In this document: positions 45,227-58,199 of the stretch, piece after piece
Position numbering within the stretch: position 1 is the first letter of the stretch
Layout: the number at the start of each line of letters is the position of its first letter
DNA from: Eledone cirrhosa
Lineage: Eukaryota
Direction: 5' to 3'
Length of the DNA stretch: 64,000 nt
Assembly (NCBI GenBank): GCA_964016885.1
Contig: OZ024748.1
Span: forward strand, 39,060,001 to 39,124,000
Notes under the pieces: model-generated
Seen by the model: only the letters and a program-made list of their open reading frames with translations
Database searches by the model: none
Told to the model about the DNA's origin: nothing
Made by a program: the position numbers and the translations under genes

Positions 45227-45360
<134 letters not shown>

Positions 45361-45550
45361 TACTTCTACAAGGCACTACCTAGCATTTATAGAGGCTATG
45401 AAAGAAAATGTCACTTGACATTTAACCTTCTCTTCCAGGTGTGTATATACCTATACAATTGACAAGGTGTCTAACTTTGTCAATTGTTTACGTGCATACA
45501 CACCCTCCATTATTTACGTATTCTCACAATCACCTCTGTGTTTATGTACA

Positions 45551-45658
<108 letters not shown>

Positions 45659-45751
45659 CATACATAGACATATATATATGTATATATATACATACATATA
45701 TAAAATAAAGTTAAATAAAAGTCAAATGATTAAAATTTAGCTTCGTTTATT

Positions 45752-45808
45752 ACTGCTATATATATATTTCAGTGACAGCCATCTTTGGCTGTGACCTCTT
45801 CAGGCAGT
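45752..45808 (-). ncRNA. Type I hammerhead (family D)
   Basis: acugc CUGAAGA ggucacagcca..uggcugucacu GAAA uauauaua UA gcagu. Confidence 0.87.
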
Positions 45809-45936
45809 TTGAATTAGTATGGTATAGACAAGTACATATGTTGTTTAGGTGTATGATATTGTCAATACTCTGATATGCCCAGTTCCTTGTTGGGTTGTTA
45901 ATTCACTGGGGAACTGGAGTCATATCTATATAGATC

Positions 45937-46016
<80 letters not shown>

Positions 46017-46046
46017 CATACATTCATAGATGTATAGATATATATC

Positions 46047-46126
<80 letters not shown>

Positions 46127-46139
46127 GAGAGAGAGAGAA

Positions 46140-47492
46140 ATTAATAAAAACAATGAATAAAAACAAAGAAACAGTTCCTTATATTAACAAATTCATCATT
46201 TTACGATCGTTTCTAGGATATATATGTGTGTGTTGGTATGTATATCATATAGATCTATGTAAACATTTTACAAACCATCAGAGGAAATATACATACGATA
46301 CACATATATATGCTGAATATATGAAATAATGATATTTGTTTATTGAAAAACACCAACAAAGATTTAATATAATAAGTCTGTTTGGGAACAGGTTTTTAAT
46401 TGACCAATAGAAGAGTAGTAAGTGGTCAAGTTGATAGAATAGTAGTAGTAGAAATTTAATTTAGGAGTAGAGGAATGCAGACTTAAGTTTTGAATGGAAA
46501 TAATACTTTGAATGAAAAGATTACTTTGGGGATGAAAAGAGGTCAAGCCGGTGAAAGGTACACGAAAATTTTATGTTATTAAAGAATAATGCTAATGTTA
46601 AAATCGAAGGAGAATAAAATTTTAGGATAAATGTGTTAGTGAGAAATACCAATCTTATTAAAATCATAAGGAATTTACATCTATAAAAAGAAATTAAATT
46701 AATTTAATAAATTTATATTAATTCATATAGATGTGATAAATAAGAGCTAGATGTTATTAAAGAATGTTGTTAAAAACGGAGGAAAAAAAATTGAGGGGTG
46801 GGGTAAATGTATTAGTGAGAAATAACAAACTTATATAGACTACAAGGAATTTAGATACATAACAGGAAATTAAAATAGTTTATATGTATACTTATAGGTA
46901 TTAATTTTAGGAAAAGATAGCTGTAACAGGGAAATAAAATTATGAAGTTCTCAGTAGTAAAATACTAATTATAGGTTAACTAAATTTAAAAAAAGCTAAT
47001 TATAAGAATTTGTAATATAAAAGTGTATATTAATTAGGTTTATAATATTTGAAAGTTCTTCTAATTCTATGATTGCACGATATAATTAATTCTCGTTGCT
47101 TATTTAATAGGATATCCTTAGATTTCATTATTTCAAAAAGTTCCTGGGAACATAATCTACACTCATATCTGTTATTTTGATAAGGGGTGGCCCTTCTGAG
47201 CACACTCCAGGTCAGGTTATAATCGATATACTTTTTTCTATAATTATTAATTATTTCAGCCAAGGATGTTATATTAGCTAATGCGGCATTTCTAAACTGT
47301 GTTTGTGGGTATTAAATCTTACTTTAAATTGGTTAGAAGTAGCTCCTATATATGAATAAGTTGAGTCCTTAGTGCTAATTTTACATTTATATACTATGTT
47401 ATTAATAAGGCAATTTCCTTTTAATGGGCAATTTGCATTGTTTCTCAAGGATCAATTTCCCCCTCGTCCTTCTGTATATGAAAGTCTGCTGT
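46140..47492 (-). mobile_element. PLE (Naiad-type) GIY-YIG end plus 3' UTR
   Basis: Manual translation NCPLKGNCLINNIVYKC..YIGATSNQFKVRFN.H (47300-47450); LTWSVL..PY..CRLCSQE..SCNH (47030-47263); decayed family-B hammerhead at ~46190-46330. Confidence 0.85.
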
Positions 47493-48641
47493 TCAGGTTG
47501 GTGGTTTGCGACTTCTTTGCGATCTCCGCAGTGTTGGGGCGGCACTTTGGGTTTCCTCTTCCTCGGAGTCCGTTGACACAGTGATTCTACGGACATCCAG
47601 GACATTACGTGGTACTCCGTCCAAGAACACATTGTTCTGGGAATTTACGGCCGTCACCGTTCCCCTTCCCCATTGAGATATGCAACGTGCATATGGGGGC
47701 TTAACCCAGACTTCTTCGCCCACCTGCACGAATGCACTCTCTCTCCCCACTGGCCGTTGTGATGGCGTGCACGGGTGCCGCCACTCGTATCTGAATACTG
47801 CTCTGTGTGGCACCGATTCCTCGACCTGTCTCACCCGAGGGGACATGTTGTACCAGAACACTGCCTCCATTGGTGAGATATGGCCCCGCTCCGCCATTGC
47901 CTTGATCGTCCGGTGGTGTCGCTCTACAATTCCATTCCCGCTCGGCCTGTGCGCTGCTCTGAAGAAACGGTCCACCTTCCATCCATCGAGCATCACCCTC
48001 AGCGCCTCCGAGCGCAACGCTGCGCTATTGTCCATCAGCAGTTCGTCCACAGGACCCCGCTCCAAGAACACCTCTCTCAACGTCCGCATGATTTCCTCGG
48101 CCGTTCCAGTCTTCATCTCCCTCCATATCGCCATCCGTCCTGATCCACTGTCGACCATCGAGAGGTACGTTCCCTGTTGGTAGTGCGTTACATCCACCGC
48201 CAATCGTTTCCAGTCGCGATCCACCGGGAGGCTTCCCGTTTCGTGCACACCCGGGGCGGGATCAATGGACTGACATCGGACGCAGCCTCTAACCACCCTT
48301 TGAACACTGTGTCTGTTAACGTCCGAGTCGATTCTCCTGGCTAGGAACAGGCTCCTATCCACTCCCATGTGGTGCATGTCATGCAACCCTTTCAGATCCG
48401 ACGCGGTCAGCCGACACACGGCAGCTATCTCATCATCTACCTCCTCCGGTGCTTCCATCCAGGCTTTATTCACCCTAGTTAAGACGTCCGCCCTATTTTT
48501 CTCTGAGAGCACGAAAACTACACTCAGCCTCAGGTCGAACTCGGTGGCCAGCTCTCCTAAAGTTCCCAGGCGGCGCTTTATCAGCATCTCCGCCGCCCCT
48601 CTCGTTCGCACTCTCTTCTCACTGGTGAGCACTGATCTCAC
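47493..48641 (-). pseudogene. Gypsy RNase H end plus integrase
   Basis: LHDMHHMGV..CVRCQ, LAVDVTH, LMDNS, SGNGIVERHHRTIK. Confidence 0.92.
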
Positions 48642-48906
48642 CCATCCGAGTACAGTAGCCGAGTCGGTGCGTATCTCGATGGATGCGCATTCCCCACCTC
48701 AGAGCGAGGTTCACCCCTCTCAACACTGCGTCCAGTTCGGCTACATTGATGTGGTTGCAGTCGTCCTTCTTCCTAAGCCAGGCTGCATCCTCGACCTCAA
48801 CACCTCCTATCTCCAACGTGACACCCAGCGCTATGCTGCTGGCATCGCACCATACGGTCCCGCTCTGTGATTTGGGAACATACCACCCTCTCCACGATCT
48901 CCTGCA

Positions 48907-49476
48907 TCATGGCCATCTCTTGACATAGCTGCATGCCGTCCGGAGCCACCCAGCAATCGGGTAGTCACCCACCAACTTTCCACACACCGAGAAAAGCTCC
49001 CGCCTACTCATACTTGGGCCCAGTTCTGGAACTTCATTTCCCCTCTGGAATACCAAGACGCCCGTCCTGTCTCGCCGTAGCCTAAGTCCCAGCGCGGCTC
49101 CTCCCTCCAACGCTTCTGACGGCTTCGCAGCCAGTCCATACCCCTGTAAATGGCTCGTGACCTCCGCCGCCGACACCACAAACTCGTCCACTAGGATGTC
49201 GTCAATGTAGGAGTTAGTGGCCCTCTTCATCTTGTCGGCCTTTCCCAGAATGGCCTTGAGGACCGCCGCCATGATCTTCGGTGCGGAGCTCAGCCCGAAA
49301 CCGAGCCTGGTCAGGCAATGTGTCCGGCACTTATACCTGACCAGCTGATACTGCCAGAGCTTCTCATCTATATGCAATTGCAAGTATGCCGACTTTAGAT
49401 CTACGATTGCTGAACCCCCCGTCATGCGTCTCCACTCACGCAGGGTTTCCCCCACAGACATCCGTGACCTCACCAC
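48907..49476 (-). pseudogene. Gypsy reverse transcriptase
   Basis: VDLKSAYLQL, RLGFGLSSAP, YIDDILV. Confidence 0.92.
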
Positions 49477-50382
49477 TCGTGTGGCATGACACGTGCTTGT
49501 TCAGCTCCCGAAGGTCCAGCACCGGCCTCACCTTGTTCTTCGTGGGTTGAGCCACCGCCATTAACGGCAATACTCCGCACTTCACCTCCTCTTTCCAGGG
49601 AAGCAGTATGCCCTCCTCAATCCATCTCTCTACCTCTCGCTCGAACTCGCCCCTAATGTTTCCCTTCAATGTGTGTTGATAGCAGCCCACTTTGGTCTTC
49701 AGTGTTGGTGGTTCTCCCTTCCAGTACCACTCAACAACCCATCGCTGCCTATCGAACACGGCCTTGAAGTCTTTGTCCTGCACAGTGTAAGCGGGGTATT
49801 TCTCCTCGTGGGCCTTCTGGTTCGCCTGTCGCGTACTCACAGCGCATACCGATGCAACGGCGCCAAACGACACACCGACGTTGTTCACTGTGACGCCTCC
49901 TAGACGGCGAATTGCGTCCATGCCCATAACCACGCCGATCCCATCCACCACGCTGTCTACTACGATGGCAGAAAGCCTTATTTTCCTTCCCCGTACCGCT
50001 ATTTCCATCTCGCTGCGATCTCGGCATTCAATTTTCCTGCCGTCGACTGCCCTTACGCTGCTCTTCCCTCTTCACCTCTGCCCCACCCCCGCGATCACCA
50101 GTGTCGTCGTAAAACCCGTGTCCACGAGGGCTCGCTGTGGCTTTCCCCTCACGAAGACATCCACCACGGGCAGCGCCTCTACTCGTAACGGGCAACTACC
50201 GGCGCAGTAGTTCCCCTTGGATCGTTTCCCTGGTCGCAGTTAGTAGCGATGTGGCCTGGTCGCTTACACCGGTAGCATATTATTTCCGGCCTTGACTCTC
50301 TGCAGTCTCTAGCCATGTGCGGGCCCTGGCACCGAAAACAGCGACCTCTAAACGTTCGCGGGCGACCGCGTGCCGTGGTTGC

Positions 50383-50787
50383 CTACCTTTCACCATTTCG
50401 CTGCCAGCTGTCTTGATCCTCTGTAGTTGCTATCGCTGCGACACTCTTCTTGGCATCTTCTGCTATGATCCGGGCTATTTCCACCAGTGAACGCATTTCC
50501 ATTTCTTTGTAACCCGGGACTTGCTGCAGTTTCACCGCTATGTCGTCTGGAAATCCATTTATGAACGCCAACCGCACCGTGCGTTCGCATTCCACCTGAT
50601 ATCCAGCCAACATGGCCAATCGCCGTATTTCCGCTGCGAAAAGGTCAACGCGTTCACCGTTCCATCTAATTCTTGCCAGCTTAGCGAAAGCGGCTAACGG
50701 TCTCTCTGCGAACGCTTCCATCATGCGCCTCTCAATCTTTTGCGCATCTCTTTGGCTGTGTTCGTCCAACTCAAGGAAGAGTACCAA
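50383..50787 (-). pseudogene. Gypsy gag (N-terminally truncated)
   Basis: DALVLFLEL, W.GERVDLFAAEIRRLA, LAFINGFPD, upstream of the zinc knuckles. Confidence 0.8.
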
Positions 50788-51607
50788 CGCGTCTCACTTC
50801 TATATATGCTTGATTAACAAATGTCGGCTCTCTTGTCGAATTTGACACAGTCCTAAAAGCGACTGATCTGCGGATTGTGTCTTCCTTTATTTCAAGGGGT
50901 GAGTTAATTCTAAACCCACCTCTTTCTTCGAAAGTTACAAATTTTCTCCCTTGCTGGAACATATCTCTTGCGTTGGAGATATCAAGATTTATAAAATATT
51001 GTTTTTTGTTCACTGTTTCAGGGAAAGACATTTTCTTTTTTTGTGTGGTGTTACTGTTGATGTTGTTGTTATCGTTGTTGGAAATCTCAGTTCCTTGTCG
51101 AGGTGAAACTTTATGTGTAGATGTATCTGTAGAGTTGTTGATGTCTTTTTCATGTGTATGTATGTCAATGGGTTTAATTGCTGTGTTTTCCTGTGTGTTA
51201 TTGTTATTTTTCTCAGCTTCGACGGTAGAAATTTAAAAATTTTCAAGTGTTAAAATATTTTTCTCTTTGGTGACAGTTGTATCTATGGCGACGTCCATAG
51301 TAGCAGAAGCAGATATAACGTTAATATCTGCCTCTTTCTCTCTCTTTTTTCTCTTAACGTTGTCCAGCGTTCTTGTGTTGCTCAAGTTATTTACTTTGTA
51401 AAATCTGATATTTTAAAACAAATTTTTAAAATAAAATGTTCGCCCTGCAGGGGCGAAAAATGGGATTGCCCCCCAACTGACAATTCAGGTTGGGGGTTAA
51501 TCTACAAAATAATGTTTTTTCAAACAATTAGTTCGGTTTTTTGCATAGAAATTAACAAAAAAGCTTACCGGCGATGTTCCACACGTCAGACAGAAAGAGA
51601 GATAGGT

Positions 51608-52658
51608 AGATAGATATGTTTCTTTATTAGCCATAGGGGCACAAAAGAAGGGGACAAATACAAAGGGGGAAGTTTACATACAATAAAAACGTGTAAAATG
51701 TTATCACAAATGCAATTTAAAAAGTTAGTCGATTTTCGCCAATAGAGGGAGACAGTTTATATGGGTAACACATACCCCCGAAAAAATGTGCAACCCTCAT
51801 CTCCAGGAGTACGAAGAGTTTGTACTCCTTTCCTCTCCTCCTCCTTTTCCTCAACCTACAGGCTGATATAGAGAGAAAGCCCATTCACTCGGGCCATTCT
51901 CGCCACTTTCACCCACCTTTCATAAAACTTGCTGGGGTACAGCACCTCTCTCTCCATCCTGATTCTTCTTCCAAAGTGGTATTTGAAAAAAAGAATCAGT
52001 TGTTGGCCGGAGAGAAAGGTGTCTGACCTCAGCCCTTTCAACCTTGTCCACCATACAACCTCTTTCGCCATAGCTATCACACAAAGGAAGACCGACTCTC
52101 CTTCGTTTTTGAAGGAGGGTGGCGGTTTGATCATGACAATGGACTCGGCGGTCAACCGGATTGGTCCCACCCGCGACAATAGTCGTTCTACATAGCCCCA
52201 CAGGTCAGTGACGCCCGGGCAGTGTATGAATGCGTGCGCGACGGTTTCTTCGTCTCGCACGCACCTCGGACAGATCTTTTTTGCAGGGTCCCTGCCCGGG
52301 CGCCCATGTCTGTAGAGCTTGTCTCGAACTGGTAGAGCTCCTCGGTAGCATTGCCAGGCCAGGGACTTTTGGAAGTTGTCCATCGGTCCCGGGCGGAAGG
52401 TCCTACCGAACAGACTGGCCAGTTCATCTTCCTCTACGCCTAGAGTTGTCTCGAGCGCGTCGTCGCACTTGCTGCCGATCAACCCTCTATAGAATGACGA
52501 AGTGGAGTCTCCACTGATCGCCGGGTCCGCCTGCCAGAGGGCTGTGAGCGCCTGAGCACATTCGATGTGCCAGTCGCCCATTTTCCTCGGTCTTTGCTTG
52601 ACCCAGGACTGCAGCTCGGTCAGCGAGACGAGTCGTGGGAAGGCTCGCCTCACGAACG
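51608..52658 (-). mobile_element. Tx1/L1 LINE 3' fragment, same family as 3930-7790
   Basis: Near-identical to 3930-4982. Confidence 0.95.
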
Positions 52659-54409
52659 GGGTTAGGGTTAGGGTTAGGGTTAGGGTTAGGGTTAGAGTTA
52701 GGGTTAGAGTTAGCTTTAGAGTTAGGGCTAGGGTTAGTGTTAGGGTTACAGTTACGGTTATAGTTAGGTTTAGAGTTAGAGGTAGGGTTAGTGTAAGACC
52801 AGTTCATAGGTAAGGTTACGTTTAGTATCAGATGGCGTTGATTAGTTAGAAATAGGGTGAGGGTTCATTAGAGTTAGGGGTTTCATTAGGGTTAGGGTTA
52901 GAGTTGGGGTTATAGTCAGAGTTAAGGGTACAGTTAGACGTAGGGTTAGAGTTAGGGTTAGTGTTAGGGATAGAGTTAGCGATAGAGTTAGGTTTAGAGT
53001 TAGGGTTAGAGTTTGGGTTAGAGTTAGGGATAGAGTTAGGGTTAGAGGTAGGGTTAGAGTTAGGGTTAGAGTTAGGGTTAGAATTAGGGTTAGAGTTAGG
53101 GTTAGAGCTAGGGCTAGAGTTGGGCTTAGAGTTAGAGGTAGGGTTAGAGTTGGGTTTAGAGATAGGGCTGGGGTTAGTGTTAGGTTTAGACTTAGAGGTA
53201 GGGTTAGAGTTATGGTTAGAGTTAGGATTAGAGTTAGGGTTAGAGTTATGTTTAGAGTTTGGGTTAGGGTTAGGGTTAGGGTTAGGGTTAGGGTTAGAAT
53301 TAAACTTAAATTTAGAGGTAGGGTTAGAGTTAGGTTTAGAATTAGGGTTAGATTTAGGGTTAGAGTTAGGTTTAGACTTAGAGGTATGGTTAGAGTTATG
53401 GTTAGAGGTAGGATTAGAGTTAGGGTTAGAGTTATGTTTAGAGTTTGGGTTAGGGTTAGGGTTAGGGTTATATTCAGAGTTAAGGGTAGAGTTACAGGTA
53501 GGGATAGAGTTTGGGTTAGAGTTAGGGTTAGATTTAGGGTTAGGGTTAGGGTTACAGTTAGGGTTAGAATTAGGGTTAGAGTTAGGCTTAAGGTTAGGGT
53601 TAGGGTTAGGGTTACAGTTAGGGTTAGAATTAGGGTTAGAGTTAGGCTTAAGGTTAGAGTCAGGGTTAGGGTTAGAGTTCGGGTTAGAGTTATGTTTAGA
53701 GTTAGAAGTAGTGTTAGGGTTAGGTTTAGAATTAGGGTTAGATTTAGGGTTAGTGTTAGGGTTAGAGTTAGGGTTACAGTTAGGGTTACAGTTAGGGTTA
53801 GAATTAGGTTTAGAATTAGGGTTAGAGTTAGGGTTAGGGTTAGGGTTAGGGTTAGGGTTAGAGTTATGGTTAGAGTTATGTTTAGAATTAGGCTTTGAGT
53901 TAGAGGTAGGGTTAGAGTTAGGGTTAGAGTTAGGGTTAGGGTTAGAGTTAGGGTTAGAGTTAGGTTTAGAGTTAGGGTTAGAGTTAGGGCTAGAGTTAGG
54001 GGTAGGGTTAGATTTAGGGTTAGTGTTATGTTTAGAATTAGGCTTAGAGTTAGAGGTAGGGTTAGAGTTAGGGTTAGACTTAGGGTTAGACTTAGGGTTA
54101 GGGTTAGAGTTAGGGTTAGAGTTAGGTTTAGAGTTAGGGTTAGAGTTAGGGCTAGAGTTAGAGTTAGAGTAATGTTTAGAATTAGGCTTAGAGTTAGAGG
54201 TAGGCTTAGAGTTAGAGGTAGGGTTAGAGTTAGATTTAGAGTTAGGGTTAGACGTGGGGATAGAGTTAGGTTTAGAGTTAGAGTTAGGGTTAGGGTTAGA
54301 GTTAGGGTTAGGGTTACAGTTAGGGTTAGAGTTAGGGTTAAAGTTAGGTTTAGAATTAAACTTAAATTTAGAGGTAGGGTTAGAGTTAGGTTTAGAGTTA
54401 GCGTTAGAT
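52659..54409 (+). repeat. Degenerate interstitial telomere-like hexamer array (TTAGGG/TTAGAG variants)
   Basis: Five perfect TTAGGG from 52662, then ~285 variant hexamers. Confidence 0.95.
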
Positions 54410-54984
54410 TATACTTATATATACATATATATACACATATATATACATATACACACACATATATACACATATACATATATATATATCTATATGTATATCT
54501 CTCTCTCTATATATATACAAAAGTTTAAGCAAATAATCGCTGCTTTCACCCTTAACGCGATCTTCTAAAACTAACAAAGTCAATCTGTAAACGCAGAAGT
54601 GGATATTTCCAATTTATTTTAATAAATATTTGCTCTAGTGTTATATATTTGATATATATTTATCCTTATCGAGCCCTCCTTGGATTTTAGTCTTCAAATT
54701 TATTATTATTACTATATATATATATATCCTGTTGACCTAAGTGGCAACGGGAATATTTCAACTTTGAAAAGAAGAATAAAGCTTCGAGCTGTTTTAACTT
54801 TTGACTACTTTAAGTAAACTGGTGAGACATATATGTCAACGAATCGCTATTATATAAGGTAAGGTGTGAAGTTAACTAACTATTATTAACAATGTAAAAG
54901 CAAACGTATCCTGTTCGGTTTGTATCGGCAATAATAATAACTTCTGATTTAGGTACAAAATAATGATAGAAATAACAATAAGTT

Positions 54985-55135
54985 TTACTATAGGCACAAG
55001 ACCAACAGTATAAGAGGGGGGAGAGGCAATTAAATCGACCCCAGTGTATTACAGTTACTTTATTTTATCGACCCTGTAAGGATGAAAGGCAAAGTTAACC
55101 TCGGCGGGATTTGAACTCAGTTTGTAAAGGACCGT
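54985..55135 (-). mobile_element. tRNA-derived SINE
   Basis: ttttatcgaccc..ggatgaaaggcaaagttaacctcggcgggatttgaactcag. Confidence 0.8.
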
Positions 55136-55344
55136 AAAAAATAAGGATTTCTTTATTACATTCATTTATTTCGTGGATCGTGGGTTGTCTCCCCTTCCCG
55201 CTTCGTGTCGCTATGATACTTCCTCAGCCAAAAACTGCTGGAATTCCAAATTTGGCGGACATTCGAGGCGAGAGAGAGTAACTTTACGGACACGATTTTT
55301 GACAGCGGTAAGAAATTATTTTCTTATATCAAAGTTTAACGGGC

Positions 55345-55469
55345 TTCCACTGATGATTTATAAGTGCCCACCTAAGTATATTCTTACATGAATATATATT
55401 AGGCTTCTACATAAACTGGAAACATTCTCCCAACTTGTAGAAAACTTATAATGAAACAATTGTTTGGAA
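55345..55469 (+). ncRNA. Type I hammerhead with branched stem II
   Basis: uucca CUGAUGA u-uuauaagu...acuuauaa-u GAAA caauug UU uggaa; two internal hairpins. Confidence 0.82.
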
Positions 55470-55650
55470 AGAGATATACTTTAACTTTAATTATATCTCA
55501 TAAAATAATACAACTGGTTTTTCCACATTATACATATTGTTAGCACCCCAAACACTTAAATTGGGTTTATATTTAAATATAACCTACTGTTTGTTGAGTG
55601 AGATGGTTACCAGTCATAGTTTAGCTTTAAACTATCTCTGTTATTGTATT

Positions 55651-55679
<29 letters not shown>

Positions 55680-55681
<2 letters not shown>

Positions 55682-55852
55682 CTAAGGCGGGTAAAATTCC
55701 CGAGATCCATGGACGAGTTCTCTCCAGCGGTCTCTGTCCCTCATTATCGCTGCCATATCCTGCATCTCCAACAGACCAGTGTCTGTCCTTAGGGCATCAA
55801 CATATGTTAACCTTGGTCTTCCTCTGCTAGTGTGTCCATGTAGGGGCTCCCA
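55680..55852 (-). mobile_element. RTE 3' end fragment in (TA)n
   Basis: Reverse complement of 13050-13222. Confidence 0.88.
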
Positions 55853-56489
55853 ATATATATGTATATGACTCTACGTAACGTGTACATAAATATGCAATAT
55901 ACAAAGCAAAGAGGGTGTGGTAAGGAACCAGGTGGACCAAAATGCACCAGAGTACTCGACACTTTGGGGAGTAGAGTGGGTAAAAGGAAAAGAGTCAGGA
56001 CCCCGACGGCTGAGCTCCGGCCGTTTCAACAGCTAGATCCGAATTCGAATATATATATATTATAAGAACAGATTAAAGTTTAATCTGTTCTTACAATAAA
56101 TATTTGCTCTACGAGTTTATATATATATATATATCCTCTACGGTTCTTATATATTTGATATATATTTATTCTTATCGAGCCCTGTTTGGATTTTAGTCTT
56201 TAAATTTATTTTTATTACTATATGTAAATATATATATTATAAGCGTAAATATGCAAGAAAAAACGTGTAAAACTGTTAACTTCGGACCAATTATTTTTTT
56301 TTTTTGCTTCTATTTAATCATTTACGAAAGGTGGACAGCGTTGTTATTATTCTCTGAAAGTTTCTTTACCATTTCTCATACTTAAACTCGTTTCACTTTC
56401 CAACTTCTCACGATGAACGTGACCGTCTTACATTCCGCATATGTTTCATCCTTTCATTACGTAAAAGTAAAATGTTTAATATATATATA

Positions 56490-57305
56490 CTAGCAGAATG
56501 GCCCGGCGCTGCTCGGGATTCTAAACTTAGATTGGCATGTTTATCCCTCCTTTCTGAAACAGTTTCGTCGTATGTTCATCAATTGATGCAGGAGTCCTCA
56601 TAAAAAGTGAAGTCGCCTTGGGTGAATAGGCAAATAATTTTCCATTAAGATTTTTCAAAAGTATGTAATTGCGTTCCCTCTCTTTTTTGTTGTTGTTTTT
56701 GCTGCTGTCGAGCCTCGTGAAATAAATGTGTTTGTTTATATTTTGTTATTGTGTATGAAAAAATATCTGTACACAAATATATAATTATATATATATGGAT
56801 ATTAAAATAATAGATTAAAGTTTAAGCAAAGAATCGCTGCTTTCACCCGTAACGGGATCTTCTGAAACTAAAAAAAATCAATCTGTGAACGCAGAAGTAA
56901 ATATTTCGAAAAACGTTGCAACCGAAGGAAGACAGGAAGATGATACTTTGGTTTGTGAAGACATTCCCTGGCAATGAACGGGAAAAAACGAACATAATAC
57001 GTCAGCAATGAAAAGAATATATATATATATACACACACTATATATACATATATATACACACACACATAGATAGCGAAGTCATAATGTCGTAATGCAGACA
57101 GCAGATATACAGACATATATTATAAGGGCGCGACGTTCGGCGCCTAATGCGGTCTCTAGGGCATTGAAAATTTGAAATATTCTTTGCTCGAAACACTCAC
57201 ACGACCATAAGTATTACAAGTGTAAAGTTTGAAAACAATCAGTTGGGTGGTTCTCGAGTTTTAGGGAGTCAGACAGACAGACATTCTCTATTTTAGATAT
57301 ATAGA
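56490..57305 (-). mobile_element. Non-autonomous Helitron
   Basis: Minus-strand TC start at 57305; hairpin cccgagcagcgccggg plus CTAG at 56490. Confidence 0.85.
56810..56885 (-). ncRNA. Hammerhead-like fold (family G) inside the Helitron
   Basis: aguuu CAGAAGA ucccguuacgggu GAAA gca..ugc UU aaacu. Confidence 0.6.
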
Positions 57306-57362
57306 TATATATAATACAGAAGATTATTCTCTCTGTCTATCTCTCTCTCCCTCCCTCCCTTC

Positions 57363-57418
<56 letters not shown>

Positions 57419-57425
57419 GTGTATG

Positions 57426-57478
<53 letters not shown>

Positions 57479-57617
57479 ATAATAATAATAGTAATAATAA
57501 TAAATTTGAAGACTAAAATCCAAAGAGGGCTCGATAAGGATAAATATATATCAAATATATAAGAACCGTAGAGCAAATATTTATTAAAATAAATTTGAAA
57601 TATCCACTTCTGCGTTT

Positions 57618-57693
57618 ACAGATTGACTTTGTTAGTTTCAGAAGATCCCGTTAAGGGTGAAAGCAGCGATTCTTTGCTTAAACTTTAATCTGT
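57618..57693 (+). ncRNA. Hammerhead-like fold with U4A core (family G)
   Basis: acagauu..aguuu CAGAAGA u-ccc-guuaa-ggg-u GAAA gca-gcgauucuu-ugc UU aaacu..aaucugu. Confidence 0.62.
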
Positions 57694-57695
57694 TA

Positions 57696-57737
<42 letters not shown>

Positions 57738-57742
<5 letters not shown>

Positions 57743-57801
57743 TTATGTATTTTGAAGTTTTATCTCAGGTTTTGTAACCCAACAATTTTAAATAAAACTT
57801 T

Positions 57802-57863
<62 letters not shown>

Positions 57864-57929
57864 AAAGTTTTATTTAAAATTGTTGGGTTACAAAACCTGA
57901 GATAAAACTTCAAAATACATAAGTACATA
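57738..57929. repeat. Inverted repeat (~68 bp arms) around (TA)n, PLE tail-like
   Basis: Arms resemble the tail at 34500-34545. Confidence 0.85.
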
Positions 57930-58199
57930 TGTACTTACCGGAAAAAGAAAGAAAGAGAAAAAGAAAAAGAGAAGGTCATCTCAAGTTCTAGTTGACACTA
58001 TAGATATACACGTGAACATTCTTGATCAACTCTGTAATTTCTTATTTCACATGAAAAAATTTTTCCCTTGCGTTATAAAAGATTTTTCTATATATATATA
58101 TACATACATACATATACATAAAAATATATATTAATATTAATATTCCTGCCCTCACATACATGATTATCGTTCATGTATAGAATAGACAACAGATATCAA

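Larger units (their letters stand above)
47493..50795 (-). mobile_element. Ty3/Gypsy gag-pol internal segment without LTRs
   Basis: gag with two CCHC knuckles (~50230-50345), protease LVDTG (~50120), RT YIDD, RNase H (CDAS, HINVAEL), integrase HHCC and DDE; several frameshifts. Confidence 0.93.

Noticed and set aside
52842-54568. Long LT, GLEL and VR repeat ORFs of up to 544 aa
   Set aside because: By-product of the hexamer array lacking stops in some frames; no evidence of expression.
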